DNA of 64,000 nucleotides, taken from assembly GCA_963735035.1 (NCBI GenBank), contig CAVTJJ010000003.1, positions 640,001-704,000 on the forward strand, in the 5' to 3' direction. The stretch comes from an uncultured candidate division Zixibacteria bacterium (lineage in GTDB: Bacteria > Zixibacteria > MSB-5A5 > GN15 > FEB-12). The position numbers and the translations under genes were made by a program. Below the pieces are notes generated by a model. It was not told the DNA's origin. It searched no databases and was given only the letters and a program-made list of their open reading frames with translations. Below, piece after piece: positions 32,398 to 42,259 of this stretch. Each line of letters begins with the position of its first letter. Positions within the stretch are counted from its first letter, which is position 1.

Positions 32398-34056
32398 ATG
32401 GGCTCGTTTATCGATCTGCTGGCAAACAACGATCTGCTGCTGCTGTTCACGGTCATTGGACTCGGCTACCTGATCGGAAACATCAAGATCTTCGGCTTCA
32501 ATCTCGGCGTGGCCGCGGTGCTATTCGTCGGGATCGCGTTCTCGGCGATTGACGCACGCTTATCGCTGCCTGATCACATTTATGTAATTGGCTTAGTACT
32601 GTTTGTCTACGCCGTAGGTCTGCAGGCCGGACCGGGCTTCTTCGCCTCGTTCCATCGACGCGGCCTCAAGATCAGCGTGATAGCCGCCTTGATATTGTCT
32701 GGCGGCGCGATCGTCGCCGGCCTGGTGGGCGGCGCCCTCGGGCTGTCAGCGGCCAGTATCGCCGGTCTGTACTGTGGCGCCTTGACCAACACACCGGCTT
32801 TGGCGGCCGCAGTCGAAGCCACCAAGAATATGGCCGCCGCCCTGCCGCCGGATCGAGTTGATTTCTTCGTCAACAGTCCGGTCGTTACTTATGGCCTCGC
32901 TTATCCCATTGGCGTTTTCGGTATGATCCTCTGGATGTTCATCTTCACCAAGATCTTCAAGGTGGATTTCAAGAAGGAAACCGAGGATCAGCGTCGTGAA
33001 GCCGAAGCCGAGGCAGTCGTCAGCCGTACCTACCGGGTTTCCAACCCTGCCGTTTGCGGCAAGTCGGTCGATCAGTTCATGAGCTCACTTGAGAATCCAA
33101 ACTTCGTGCTTAGCCGGATCAAGAAGGGCGACCAGGTTATCGTCGTTGGACCGGACACAATTCTCGACGCCAACGATCTGGTGGTCGCCGTCGGACCTTC
33201 GAAAGCCCTTCACACGGTCTATATGCTCCTCGGCGAAGAAAGTAATGAGCACATCGCCGAGCGCCGCGATGAAACCGCCTACCGCTGGTTCTTCGTCTCG
33301 AAGCATGAACTGGTCGGCAAGACGATGGAAGAGCTGCGGCAAATGCGGGCTTATGTCGGTATCGTCACCCGTGTCCGACGCGGCGATGTCGAATTTGTCC
33401 CGACACCGCACACCTCGTTGGAAATGGGCGACCGGGTGCTGGTTGTCTCCCCCCGGGCCGAAATCGACAAAGTATCCGGATTCTTCGGCGACTCGCTCAA
33501 GGGTCTATCGGAAGCCGACTATCTGTCGCTGTCATTGGGAATTGTGTTGGGGGTGATCGTCGGCATGCTGCCGATTCCATTGCCGAATGGTACGTCGTTC
33601 AAGCTCGGCTTCGCCGGTGGGCCGCTGGTGGTGGCGCTGATACTCGGCCGCCTTGAGCGCACCGGCCCGATCCAATGGACTCTTCCCTTCAACGCCAACC
33701 TCGTGCTGCGACATCTCGGTCTGGTCTTCTTTCTGGCCGCGATAGGCACCAAAGCCGGCCACGGCCTGAGCGAGACGATGAAGACCGGAACGTTCGGCCT
33801 GATCCTGGCCGCGGTTCTGATTACATCTTTCGTAGCCGTCACGACCCTTATGGTCGCCTTTCGATATCTCAAACAACCGATGTCCTCGGCTATGGGATTG
33901 CTATCCGGCATTCAGACTCAGCCGGCTTGCCTGGCGTACGCCAATCAGCAGGCCCAGAATGAACTCCCTAACCTGATGTATGCGACCGTTCAGCCGGCGT
34001 CGATGATCGCCAAGATCATGCTGGCGCAGATTATCGTGACGACACTGCTGTTGTAA
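32398..34056 (+). CDS. Aspartate:alanine exchanger (AAE/YidE-YbjL) family transporter with TrkA-C domains
   Basis: GLVLFVYAVGLQAGPGFF, GALTNTPAL, LGFAGGPL and G.QTQPA.L motifs. Confidence 0.92.
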   Translation: MGSFIDLLANNDLLLLFTVIGLGYLIGNIKIFGFNLGVAAVLFVGIAFSAIDARLSLPDHIYVIGLVLFVYAVGLQAGPGFFASFHRRGLKISVIAALILSGGAIVAGLVGGALGLSAASIAGLYCGALTNTPALAAAVEATKNMAAALPPDRVDFFVNSPVVTYGLAYPIGVFGMILWMFIFTKIFKVDFKKETEDQRREAEAEAVVSRTYRVSNPAVCGKSVDQFMSSLENPNFVLSRIKKGDQVIVVGPDTILDANDLVVAVGPSKALHTVYMLLGEESNEHIAERRDETAYRWFFVSKHELVGKTMEELRQMRAYVGIVTRVRRGDVEFVPTPHTSLEMGDRVLVVSPRAEIDKVSGFFGDSLKGLSEADYLSLSLGIVLGVIVGMLPIPLPNGTSFKLGFAGGPLVVALILGRLERTGPIQWTLPFNANLVLRHLGLVFFLAAIGTKAGHGLSETMKTGTFGLILAAVLITSFVAVTTLMVAFRYLKQPMSSAMGLLSGIQTQPACLAYANQQAQNELPNLMYATVQPASMIAKIMLAQIIVTTLLL

Positions 34057-34134
34057 GACTCACATCCGTCATGCGCTCTAGGCCGGGCATCTATTCAGAA
34101 CCGTAGGTCAGGCGAACTTGACGACCGACATCTG

Positions 34135-34186
34135 GTAGGCCGGGTTTACGGAGTCGTGAGCGAAGCGAATGACGACAAACCCGACA
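34135..34186. repeat. GTAG-headed REP-like hairpin (family A)
   Basis: GTAGGCCGGGTTTACGGAGTCGTGAGCGAAGCGAATGACGACAAACCCGACA, close to the copy at 19512-19563. Confidence 0.85.
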
Positions 34187-34292
34187 TTCGACATCGCGAA
34201 CATGAAGCGGACGTATCACGCATAATTCTATTGACTCCCTTCCGGTTACGGTTGTATCATTGCGCTACAGCTTCGACAGCGGAGATTTCGGA

Positions 34293-35132
34293 ATGACATC
34301 CGTTCCTGACTTTGCCCGGAACATTCTAATCGGTTTTGTGATCTTTGTCGGACTTCCCCTTCTCGCTTGGGGAGTAACCGACCTTCGTGGTTTCTACAAT
34401 GACGAGATCAGGCAGGGTTACCTGGCCATGTTGGTTCTCTTGCAGGTAATTCAAATACTTCAACCTTCGAAGGTCAAGGCGGACGACGATACTTATGACA
34501 TGACCGTGAAACGACAGGAAGGGTCGGTGCGGTTGTTGCAGACCATTTCACTGTCCATTCTCCTCATCACCCCTTATTGTGACGGCCGGAATATTGCTGT
34601 GTTCGAAAGGATATATTGGGTTCAAGTGTGTGGACTATCCCTGATTGCGCTAGGCCTGTACATGATGCATAGGGCCGAAGAAACAATCGGTCGCCTGTTC
34701 AACGTGCAAAGCGCAATTCAGGAAGTGACTCGTTTTGAAACCGATGGAATCTACTGGTATATGCGCCACCCAATGGATTTGGGTGTGATCATGGTAACTC
34801 TCGGCATGTCTCTGGCCTTTCGATCCTGGGTTGGGCTAATACTTACCGCCGCCATTACTCTGGTGATGCTTCGGTGCATCCGTGACGAAGAGAGAGAGAT
34901 GAGCAAACGATTCGAGGAAGATTGGGAGTACCACTGTGGCTGTACCTGGGCACTGTTCCCGCGTCTATCTATTCGTAGGACTATGATAGGGGCTTTACTA
35001 CTGCCATCAGAACCCGATGTGGAGCCACCTGAAGATATAGAAACACCCGGCCGCGATCAGACCACTCGCCGGAATCGTCAGCAACCAGGCCCAGACGATT
35101 CTCCCGGCCACACCCCACTTGATCCCCGATAG
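34293..35132 (+). CDS. Isoprenylcysteine carboxyl methyltransferase (ICMT/PEMT) family membrane protein
   Basis: T.GIY.YMRHP..LG and I.DEE..M...F motifs; TTGACT-N18-TATCAT promoter at 34231-34260. The C-terminal tail overlapping pit is doubtful. Confidence 0.75.
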   Translation: MTSVPDFARNILIGFVIFVGLPLLAWGVTDLRGFYNDEIRQGYLAMLVLLQVIQILQPSKVKADDDTYDMTVKRQEGSVRLLQTISLSILLITPYCDGRNIAVFERIYWVQVCGLSLIALGLYMMHRAEETIGRLFNVQSAIQEVTRFETDGIYWYMRHPMDLGVIMVTLGMSLAFRSWVGLILTAAITLVMLRCIRDEEREMSKRFEEDWEYHCGCTWALFPRLSIRRTMIGALLLPSEPDVEPPEDIETPGRDQTTRRNRQQPGPDDSPGHTPLDPR

Positions 35133-36038
35133 ATTCTGAGTCGCACCGACCCCGACAATGGCGCCGGTAATTGTGTGGGTGGTCGAGACCGGAATCCCCA
35201 TGTGGGTGGCCATGAACAGTGTGGCGGCGCCGGCCGTTTCAGCGCAGAATCCGCCTACCGGCTTAAGCTTGGTGATCTTCATCCCCATCGTCTTGACGAT
35301 CCGCCACCCCCCGAATGCCGTTCCGAGTCCCATCGCCAGAAAACAACTGAGAATGATCCACGAAGTCTGAGGATTCAAGAGCGACAGCTTCTCGTCCGGT
35401 TTCATCACACCACCGGCAATGAGAAGCGCCATGATAATACCCATCGTCTTTTGAGCGTCGTTGCCGCCGTGCCCCAGTGAATACATCGCCGCTGAGACAA
35501 GTTGTCCCTTTCGGAACAGACGATCAATGTCGGTCGGCCGCCAGCGACGAAAGATCCAATATACGGCTATCATGATCCCGAAGCCGACCACCAACCCGAT
35601 AAGCGGCGCGAGCGGAATGAAACGGGCCGTCATCCAGATGGTACTCCATTGGATAACTTCAGTGCCCTTGTAAGCCAACCCTGCCCCGGCGACACCGCCG
35701 ATAAGCGCGTGTGACGAGCTGGTCGGCAAACCCACCCACCAGGTGATCAGGTCCCAGACTACGGCTCCAAGCAGGCCGGCCAGCACCACGTAAACATAGA
35801 CCGTATCAGTGCCATCAATCTTGACGATCTTGGCGATCGTGTCGGCCACCCGCGGCGCAAAAATGAACATCGCAACAAAATTGAAAAACGCCGCCCACCA
35901 GACTGCAACCCTCGGACTGAGTACTCGAGTGGAAACGACAGTGGCGATAGAATTGGCGGAATCGTGAAAACCGTTGATTACGTCAAAGATCAACGCTATC
36001 ACGACCGTGACGATGACGACGATCATAACCGGAGTCAT
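35007..36038 (-). CDS. pit: Inorganic phosphate transporter (PiT family)
   Basis: NGFHDSANSIAT, GLPTSSSHALIG, HGGNDAQK and GIPVSTTH motifs. Confidence 0.95.
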   Translation of the reverse strand: MTPVMIVVIVTVVIALIFDVINGFHDSANSIATVVSTRVLSPRVAVWWAAFFNFVAMFIFAPRVADTIAKIVKIDGTDTVYVYVVLAGLLGAVVWDLITWWVGLPTSSSHALIGGVAGAGLAYKGTEVIQWSTIWMTARFIPLAPLIGLVVGFGIMIAVYWIFRRWRPTDIDRLFRKGQLVSAAMYSLGHGGNDAQKTMGIIMALLIAGGVMKPDEKLSLLNPQTSWIILSCFLAMGLGTAFGGWRIVKTMGMKITKLKPVGGFCAETAGAATLFMATHMGIPVSTTHTITGAIVGVGATQNLSGIKWGVAGRIVWAWLLTIPASGLIAAGCFYIFRWLHIGF

Positions 36039-36040
36039 GC

Positions 36041-36671
36041 TCAGGACGCCTCGATCACTATACCCTGGACGATATTGGCGACTTCCTCACACCGGTCGGT
36101 GGCCTTCTCCAGCCTCTCGAACAACTCTTTCCATTTGATCAGTGTCACCGCCTCCCGCTCTTCCTTGAAGAGACGCGCCAGCGCCGCTCGAAGCACCTGG
36201 TCGCCTTCTTTTTCCGCGTCGTAAACCGCCTGGCAGCAACGCTCGATCTCATCGCCATTCTTGCTCAAGTGCTTCAGTTCGCCAATCGCACGTGAAAGAT
36301 GAACGGAGGCTCGCACCAGAACAGTTGTAAGCTGCTTGACTTCGGTGCGCATCGTGGTCATCTCGTAGAGCATCATGCGCGACGCCGATGGCATCGACCG
36401 AATCGATAATGTCATCGAGCCGGGTGATAAGCTTGTGAATATCGGAGCGGTCAATCGGCGTCACGAAGGTTCGGTGAAGGGCGTCGATGCAGCCGTGGGT
36501 TATCCGATCGGCTTCATGCTCGATAGCCTTGATTCGGCTGGCTCGCTCGTATAGCTTGGACGGGTCGGCGCAAATCGCATCCAATTCGGCGCAGGCCTCG
36601 CACGTCAGCTTGGCATGATCCTCGAAATACTTGAAGAAGTTGGTTGTTTGGGGAAGAAGTCGCTTGAACAT
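36041..36671 (-). CDS. DUF47 (PhoU-like Pit accessory protein), split by a single-base frameshift near 36385
   Basis: 5' part IEHEAD...TFVTPIDRSDI..L...LDDIID; 3' part EKEGD...IKWKELFERLE.ATDRCE. Removing one base gives 209 aa. Confidence 0.9.
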
Positions 36672-36996
36672 TTCCGCGCTCCGATTAGGGCCACACCGCA
36701 CGCCGAATAAGTTGTCAAATCCGGGCTACCACACCGCTATCTCGCCCAAGCGTAACACATGACGGGGCATAGGTCAACGGCATTTTCTACAATTGCTCGG
36801 CGGCGCACGTCCCCGCCCCGCTCCCGCAAGTCGCTGTCGTACGGAATGTTGCGCCACACGCGTCAGTTCGCATGATCGACCTTACCGGCAGAATTAGTTG
36901 CGTAAGGGCTTTGTTCAAGTCTATATTTCGTTATCAGCTTTCTGGACGAAGTGGGTATCGAACAGCAATCGATACTTTGGGCGGCACACCAGCCAA

Positions 36997-37352
36997 GTCA
37001 TTGGGAGTGGAGATGCCCCGCCGCGAGGCGGGACATCGTAGCGCGGCAATCTCGATTCGTCGGCATCTATGCGAGCCGGCAGATGTGGATCAGCCGCGGC
37101 GGACCGGGCACTAGTAGGGGGGCTTGCTACAAGCCCCCACTCCTGACAGGACTACGTGGGTCCTGCTACAAGTCAAGCTACGAATCTACAGTCAGGCTAA
37201 GTTCCGCCTGCCATGAGCTTGTCGAAGGGTCGAAGCCTGAGTTACCCAATGATCACATGTCATCTCACCAAGCCACCCTTCGTCAGGCTCAGGGTGACTT
37301 TTGGGTTGGCTACTATCTTCTGTTGGCGGGTTTGAAGCACCCCCCCCCTACG
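36997..37352. repeat. Composite repeat (36997-37112) followed by a REP-like cluster
   Basis: 36997-37112 aligns with the reverse complement of 62841-62948. It is followed by GTAGGGGGGCTTG..CAAGCCCCC, CACCCTTCGTCAGGCTCAGGGTG and an inverted ...CCCCTAC unit. Confidence 0.8.
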
Positions 37353-37542
37353 AATCCCATTCCATCGTCGGCAGGTGAATACCCGCTGCGGCGGCCTCGC
37401 GATCACCAGCTCGGGGGGGTTGTTTTTCGCCCCATTCTCCCTTATGTTCCACCCCACATCTTTGGGAAGCCGCCACCGGGCGCACCAGCTAGGACCTGTC
37501 CGATAGAAACGCCGAATGACCGCTCTAGTAAGGAACGCCACC

Positions 37543-40500
37543 ATGCTAAAGACCTGTTGCCACCGGCTCTCGACCCTGGCCGTCGCGATCATCTTCGCCG
37601 CCCCGATTGTCACCGCCGAAGCCCCCCCCTTGAAGACTGCCGACTCAACCAAGCCAAAGTGGGATGTCACCGTCCCGAATGTCCCGAGTGACACCGTTGA
37701 ATTCAAGACTTCCGAAGGTACCTGGATCACTCTGGACGTCTCCCCAGACGGTCGCGAGATCGTGTTCGATCTGCTGGGCGATATCTACAAGATGCCCGTA
37801 ACCGGCGGCGAAGCTGTTCTTCTGGCCGGCGGCCTGGCGTATGAAGTCCAGCCCCGGTTCAGCCCCGACGGCAAGAAGATCATATTCACTTCTGACCGGG
37901 GCGGCGGCGACAACATCTGGATGATGAACGCCGACGGCACCGAACCCGTCCAAATCACCAAAGAAGATTACCGTCTGCTCTGCAATCCGGCCTGGCATCC
38001 CAGCGGCAAGTACATCGTGGCGAAGAAACACTTCACCAGCGAGCGAAGCATGGGTGCGGGCGAAATGTGGATGTACCGCGTACCCGAAGGCGGTGATGGC
38101 GTCCAATTGACCAAGCGCAAGAATGACCAGCAGGACGCCAACGAGCCGGTGTTCTCGCCCGATGGAAAGTATTTGTATTGGGCCGAGGATATGTCTGGGG
38201 GCGATTCATTCGAATACAACAAGGACCCCAACGGCACTATCTATGTCATCCGCCGCCTCGACTTGCAGACCAATGAAATCCAGAACATAATTAGCATAAA
38301 CGGCGGTGCCTGCCGACCGCAAGTTAGTCCCGACGGCAAAACTCTGGCTTTTGTGCGCCGTGTGCGCGAACGATCGGTGCTAAGCCTGTTCAATTTCGAC
38401 AACAATCAGGTGCGTCACCTGTGGGACGGCCTCAGTGAAGACCAGCAGGAAACCTGGGCGCTGTTCGGCGTCTATCCGGGCTTCTCCTGGACTCCCGACG
38501 GCAAGAATATAGTTATCTGGGCACAGGGGAAGATCTGGCGTGTGGATGTTGCTTCCGGCAAACCTACCGAGATCCCGTTCCATGTCACTTCAAAGCAGAT
38601 TGTCGCGAAAGCACTGCGGTTTCCGGTAACGGTCGGCGAGGCAACGTTCCCGGTGAAAGTGATCCGTTGGCCGCAAGTGACTCCAGCCGGCAACGAGACG
38701 GTTTTTCAGGCGCTGGGATACCTATACAAGAAGACACTACCCACCGGCACCGCAACGCGAATCACTCGTCAAACAGATCATTTCGAATTCGCCCCGGCCC
38801 TTTCTCCCAACGGCCGCGAAATCGTTTTCACGACCTGGAACGACACTCTCGGAGGCACGATACGCATTGTCGGCCTCGATGGAACAAAAGAGCGCGTTCT
38901 GGTCGCGCGACCGGGCCATTATGTGTCCGCACAGTTCTCGCCCGACGGCAACTGGGTGGTCTATCAGCGCGGCGACGGTGACGGCTACCGCGGCCGCCTC
39001 TGGCAGAATGATCCGGGCATTTACCTGATCGACGCCGCAGGAAAGACCGAACCCCGGTTCATCTCACGCGATGGCGCCGCTCCTCGTTTCTCGAAAGACG
39101 GCCAGCGCATCTACCTGATTTCCAACGAAGGCGAATCGGCCTGTCTGGCCAGTCTGGACCTGCTCGGATCGGATCGCCGGGTTCTGGCCACCTCAAAACG
39201 CGCCACCGATTTTGTTCTCTCTCCCGATGAACAATGGCTGGCTTTCGAAGAACTCTGGCAGACTTATGTCGTCCCGTTCCCGCACGTCAGCTCTCCAGTC
39301 GAAATTGCCCCTGAGATGAAGAATCTTCCCGTGCGCCAGCTCTCCACCGACGGCGGTACTTATCTGAGCTGGTCGACCGACAGCAAGACCGTGCGCTGGA
39401 GTCTAGGACCGGAGCTCTTCAGTAACGTTCCGACTGCACTCTACTCCAAAGACACGTCGAATATCCCCAAGGCGACGGTGGCCAATCTCGGTTGGAACGA
39501 GAAGGCTGACATCCCCGGCACCGATCTGTATTTCGTCGGCGCCCGTATCCTGCCCATGAACGATTTGTCGGTGATTGAAAACGGCGTCGTTCATGTAAAG
39601 GGAAATCTGATCACCGAAGTCGGCACTCGCGAACAGGTGAAGATTCCGAGCGGCGCTAAGACAATTGATGTCTCCGGCAAGACCCTCATGCCCGGCCTGA
39701 TCGACATCCACGCCCATCCCGGTTCGTCGCGGCAATCCATGTACGCGCAACAGACGTGGGGCTTTCTCGCCAATCTCGCCTTCGGCGTGACGACCATGCA
39801 CGATCCGAGCAACAACAGCGAGATGATTTTCGCCACGGCGGAGCTCGAAAACCAGGGCGTTATGCTCGCGCCGCGCATTTTCAGCACCGGGACGATTCTC
39901 TACGGTGCGGAAGGAAATTTCAAGACCACGATCAACAAGTACGAAGACGCCGTCAACGCGGTCAAACGGACCATCGCCTGGGGAGCAATCTCGGTCAAGA
40001 GCTACAATCAGCCCCGACGCGAACAACGGCAGATGATTATCAAAGCCGCCCGAGAACTGAATACGATGGTTGTCCCCGAGGGTGGTTCGACGCTTAACAA
40101 CATGATGACGATGCTGCTCGACGGCCATACGACGCTCGAGCATCCCGTCCCGGTGACGCCGGTGTACGACCCCGAACTAAGCCTGATGAGCCGATTCGGT
40201 ACCGGCTACACTCCGACTCTGATCGTCGGCTACGGTGGGCTCTGGGGTGAAAACTATTGGTATCAGCACTCTAATGTATGGGAAGACAAACGGCTCGCCC
40301 GTTTCACCCCGCGCTGGGCGCTCGATCCACGGTCTATCCGCCGCACCATGGCGCCGGACTCGGAATACCATCATTTCGCCCTCGCCAGAGTCGCTACGGA
40401 CATTCTTCATCGGGGCGGTAACGTCGAACTTGGCGCGCACGGGCAGCGTCAGGGCCTCGGCGCTCATTGGGAGCTCTGGATGCTGCAGCAGGGCGGCATG

Positions 40501-40794
40501 ACCAACCACGAGGCGCTCCGGTGCGCCACTTGGATGGGCGCGCGCAGTATCGGTCTCGATCACCGGCTTGGCAGTATTCAACCGGGGTTGCTGGCGGATC
40601 TGATTGTCATCGACGGCGATCCGTTGGTGGACATTCGGCAGTCCGAAAACGTCCTATATACGATGATAAACGGCCGTCTGTACGACGCTCAAACGCTGGA
40701 TCAGATCGAGCCGGAGAAGCGCCCCCTGCCCAAGGGACCGAATCTCGAGGGCGTCCTCGGCACCGACGTGAACCACTCGTGTGTGGACCACTGA
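37543..40794 (+). CDS. Secreted PD40/TolB-propeller protein with a metal-dependent amidohydrolase domain
   Basis: Signal peptide; many SPDG repeats; MPGLIDIHAH and GSIQPGLLADLIVIDGDPL motifs. Confidence 0.9.
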   Translation: MLKTCCHRLSTLAVAIIFAAPIVTAEAPPLKTADSTKPKWDVTVPNVPSDTVEFKTSEGTWITLDVSPDGREIVFDLLGDIYKMPVTGGEAVLLAGGLAYEVQPRFSPDGKKIIFTSDRGGGDNIWMMNADGTEPVQITKEDYRLLCNPAWHPSGKYIVAKKHFTSERSMGAGEMWMYRVPEGGDGVQLTKRKNDQQDANEPVFSPDGKYLYWAEDMSGGDSFEYNKDPNGTIYVIRRLDLQTNEIQNIISINGGACRPQVSPDGKTLAFVRRVRERSVLSLFNFDNNQVRHLWDGLSEDQQETWALFGVYPGFSWTPDGKNIVIWAQGKIWRVDVASGKPTEIPFHVTSKQIVAKALRFPVTVGEATFPVKVIRWPQVTPAGNETVFQALGYLYKKTLPTGTATRITRQTDHFEFAPALSPNGREIVFTTWNDTLGGTIRIVGLDGTKERVLVARPGHYVSAQFSPDGNWVVYQRGDGDGYRGRLWQNDPGIYLIDAAGKTEPRFISRDGAAPRFSKDGQRIYLISNEGESACLASLDLLGSDRRVLATSKRATDFVLSPDEQWLAFEELWQTYVVPFPHVSSPVEIAPEMKNLPVRQLSTDGGTYLSWSTDSKTVRWSLGPELFSNVPTALYSKDTSNIPKATVANLGWNEKADIPGTDLYFVGARILPMNDLSVIENGVVHVKGNLITEVGTREQVKIPSGAKTIDVSGKTLMPGLIDIHAHPGSSRQSMYAQQTWGFLANLAFGVTTMHDPSNNSEMIFATAELENQGVMLAPRIFSTGTILYGAEGNFKTTINKYEDAVNAVKRTIAWGAISVKSYNQPRREQRQMIIKAARELNTMVVPEGGSTLNNMMTMLLDGHTTLEHPVPVTPVYDPELSLMSRFGTGYTPTLIVGYGGLWGENYWYQHSNVWEDKRLARFTPRWALDPRSIRRTMAPDSEYHHFALARVATDILHRGGNVELGAHGQRQGLGAHWELWMLQQGGMTNHEALRCATWMGARSIGLDHRLGSIQPGLLADLIVIDGDPLVDIRQSENVLYTMINGRLYDAQTLDQIEPEKRPLPKGPNLEGVLGTDVNHSCVDH

Positions 40795-40834
40795 GAATTG
40801 ACTATTAGCAACTCTAATATTGGAGACCACCGCC

Positions 40835-42181
40835 ATGGCATTGTCTGAAGCAACCGTTGACCTGAAAAGGCAGCAAGATCCGGACTACAATAAGCACCCG
40901 CGCGGCTTCTGGTTCATCTTCTGGGGTGAACTGGCCGAGCGCGCCAGTTTCTACGGCATGAGAACGCTTCTGCTTCTCTACATGATCAACAAGCTCGGCT
41001 ACTCTGATGCCAACAGCGGCACGGTGACCCAGCTCTTTACCGCCTTCTGCTATATTCTGCCGATTGTCGGTGGCTACATTGCCGATCAGTACCTGGGCAA
41101 GTTTAAGACGATTATCTATTTTGCCATCCCGTATCTACTTGGCCATGTCATTCTGGGGACGTTCACCAATGAAGTCGGCTTCTACGTGGCCCTCATGCTT
41201 CTGGCCGGCGGATCGGGCACTATCAAGCCGAATATCAGCACCCTTATGGGTCTGATGTATCAGAAGGCCGGCAAGTCACACTTGATGACCCAGGCGTTCT
41301 CCTGGTTCTACATGGCAATCAACATCGGCGCCGCCGCCACAACTTTCACGCTTCCGTTCATCCGCGACAACTACGGCTATAGCGCCGCTTTCATGGCCCC
41401 GACCATTCTGATGGCTGTATCGCTCGGAATCTTCTTCCTCGGCAAGAAACACTACCCGGTCGAGGAGATCAAACGGGGCGTAGATAAGATTATCAAAACT
41501 TCCGAACAGAAACATGAAGACCGCCAGACACTCCTGCGCCTTTCAGGCCTCTTCCTGATGATTGTCTTCTTCTGGTCGATCTTCGATCAGGCCGAGTCTA
41601 CCTGGACGCTCTTTGCTCGCGATTACATGAACCGTGACATCAGCCTGTTCGGGTGGAACCGGAACATTCCGCCCGACGCTATTCAGAGCTTCAACCCGGT
41701 GCTGATTGTTCTGATGACCCCGCTGTTCGCCTGGATTTGGATGAAATCTGATCGCAGCAAGAAGTTCCGTCTCTCGTCACCCAAGAAGATGCTCCTCGGT
41801 TTCTTCCTGGTCATGCTCTGCATGGGTGTAATGACCGTGGCCGGATACCTTGCAGCAGAGGGCAAAGTCCCGATACTATGGGAGCTGGGAGCCTATGTTT
41901 TGATTACGATGGCGGAATTGTGCATTTCAGTAATCGGTCTCCAATTGGCCTTCGAGGAAGCGCCGGAGAGAATGAAATCGGTCATCACCGGCGTCTGGCT
42001 CTTCACGGTGTTTCTTGGCAACATCTTGGCGGCCTGGTTTGCGCGCATTTATACGTCGATGTCGCCCGGCAATTACTTCGGGATCATGACAATCATGATT
42101 GCAGTCGTTACGGTTCTGTTCTATTTCATTGGCCGTCGTTTCGAACACGGCTCCGGGAACAACTCAACCGCAAGCGCTTAA
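40835..42181 (+). CDS. Proton-dependent oligopeptide transporter (POT/PTR, MFS)
   Basis: ELAERASFYG (ExxERxxYYG-like), GGYIAD.YLG, KPNIS and FYMAINIG motifs. Confidence 0.93.
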   Translation: MALSEATVDLKRQQDPDYNKHPRGFWFIFWGELAERASFYGMRTLLLLYMINKLGYSDANSGTVTQLFTAFCYILPIVGGYIADQYLGKFKTIIYFAIPYLLGHVILGTFTNEVGFYVALMLLAGGSGTIKPNISTLMGLMYQKAGKSHLMTQAFSWFYMAINIGAAATTFTLPFIRDNYGYSAAFMAPTILMAVSLGIFFLGKKHYPVEEIKRGVDKIIKTSEQKHEDRQTLLRLSGLFLMIVFFWSIFDQAESTWTLFARDYMNRDISLFGWNRNIPPDAIQSFNPVLIVLMTPLFAWIWMKSDRSKKFRLSSPKKMLLGFFLVMLCMGVMTVAGYLAAEGKVPILWELGAYVLITMAELCISVIGLQLAFEEAPERMKSVITGVWLFTVFLGNILAAWFARIYTSMSPGNYFGIMTIMIAVVTVLFYFIGRRFEHGSGNNSTASA

Positions 42182-42216
42182 CAGCACCGGGGCAAACCCG
42201 CCTATGGTGAATTCTG

Positions 42217-42246
42217 GAACCGACCCTGCCCGGGGTCGGTTCTTTC
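42217..42246 (+). terminator. Probable terminator
   Basis: GAACCGACCC-loop-GGGTCGGTTC followed by TTT. Confidence 0.6.
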
Positions 42247-42259
42247 CTGAGAGGTTGAA

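Noticed and set aside
36872..37730. ORFs 36872-37114, 36951-37691 and 37260-37730
   Set aside because: They run through palindromic repeats, have no motifs or SD, and partly overlap the real amidohydrolase gene.
42189..42246. GGGCAAACC resembling the start of a c-di-GMP-I riboswitch
   Set aside because: The downstream GNRA hairpin and GACGCAAAGC elements are missing; only a terminator-like stem is present.
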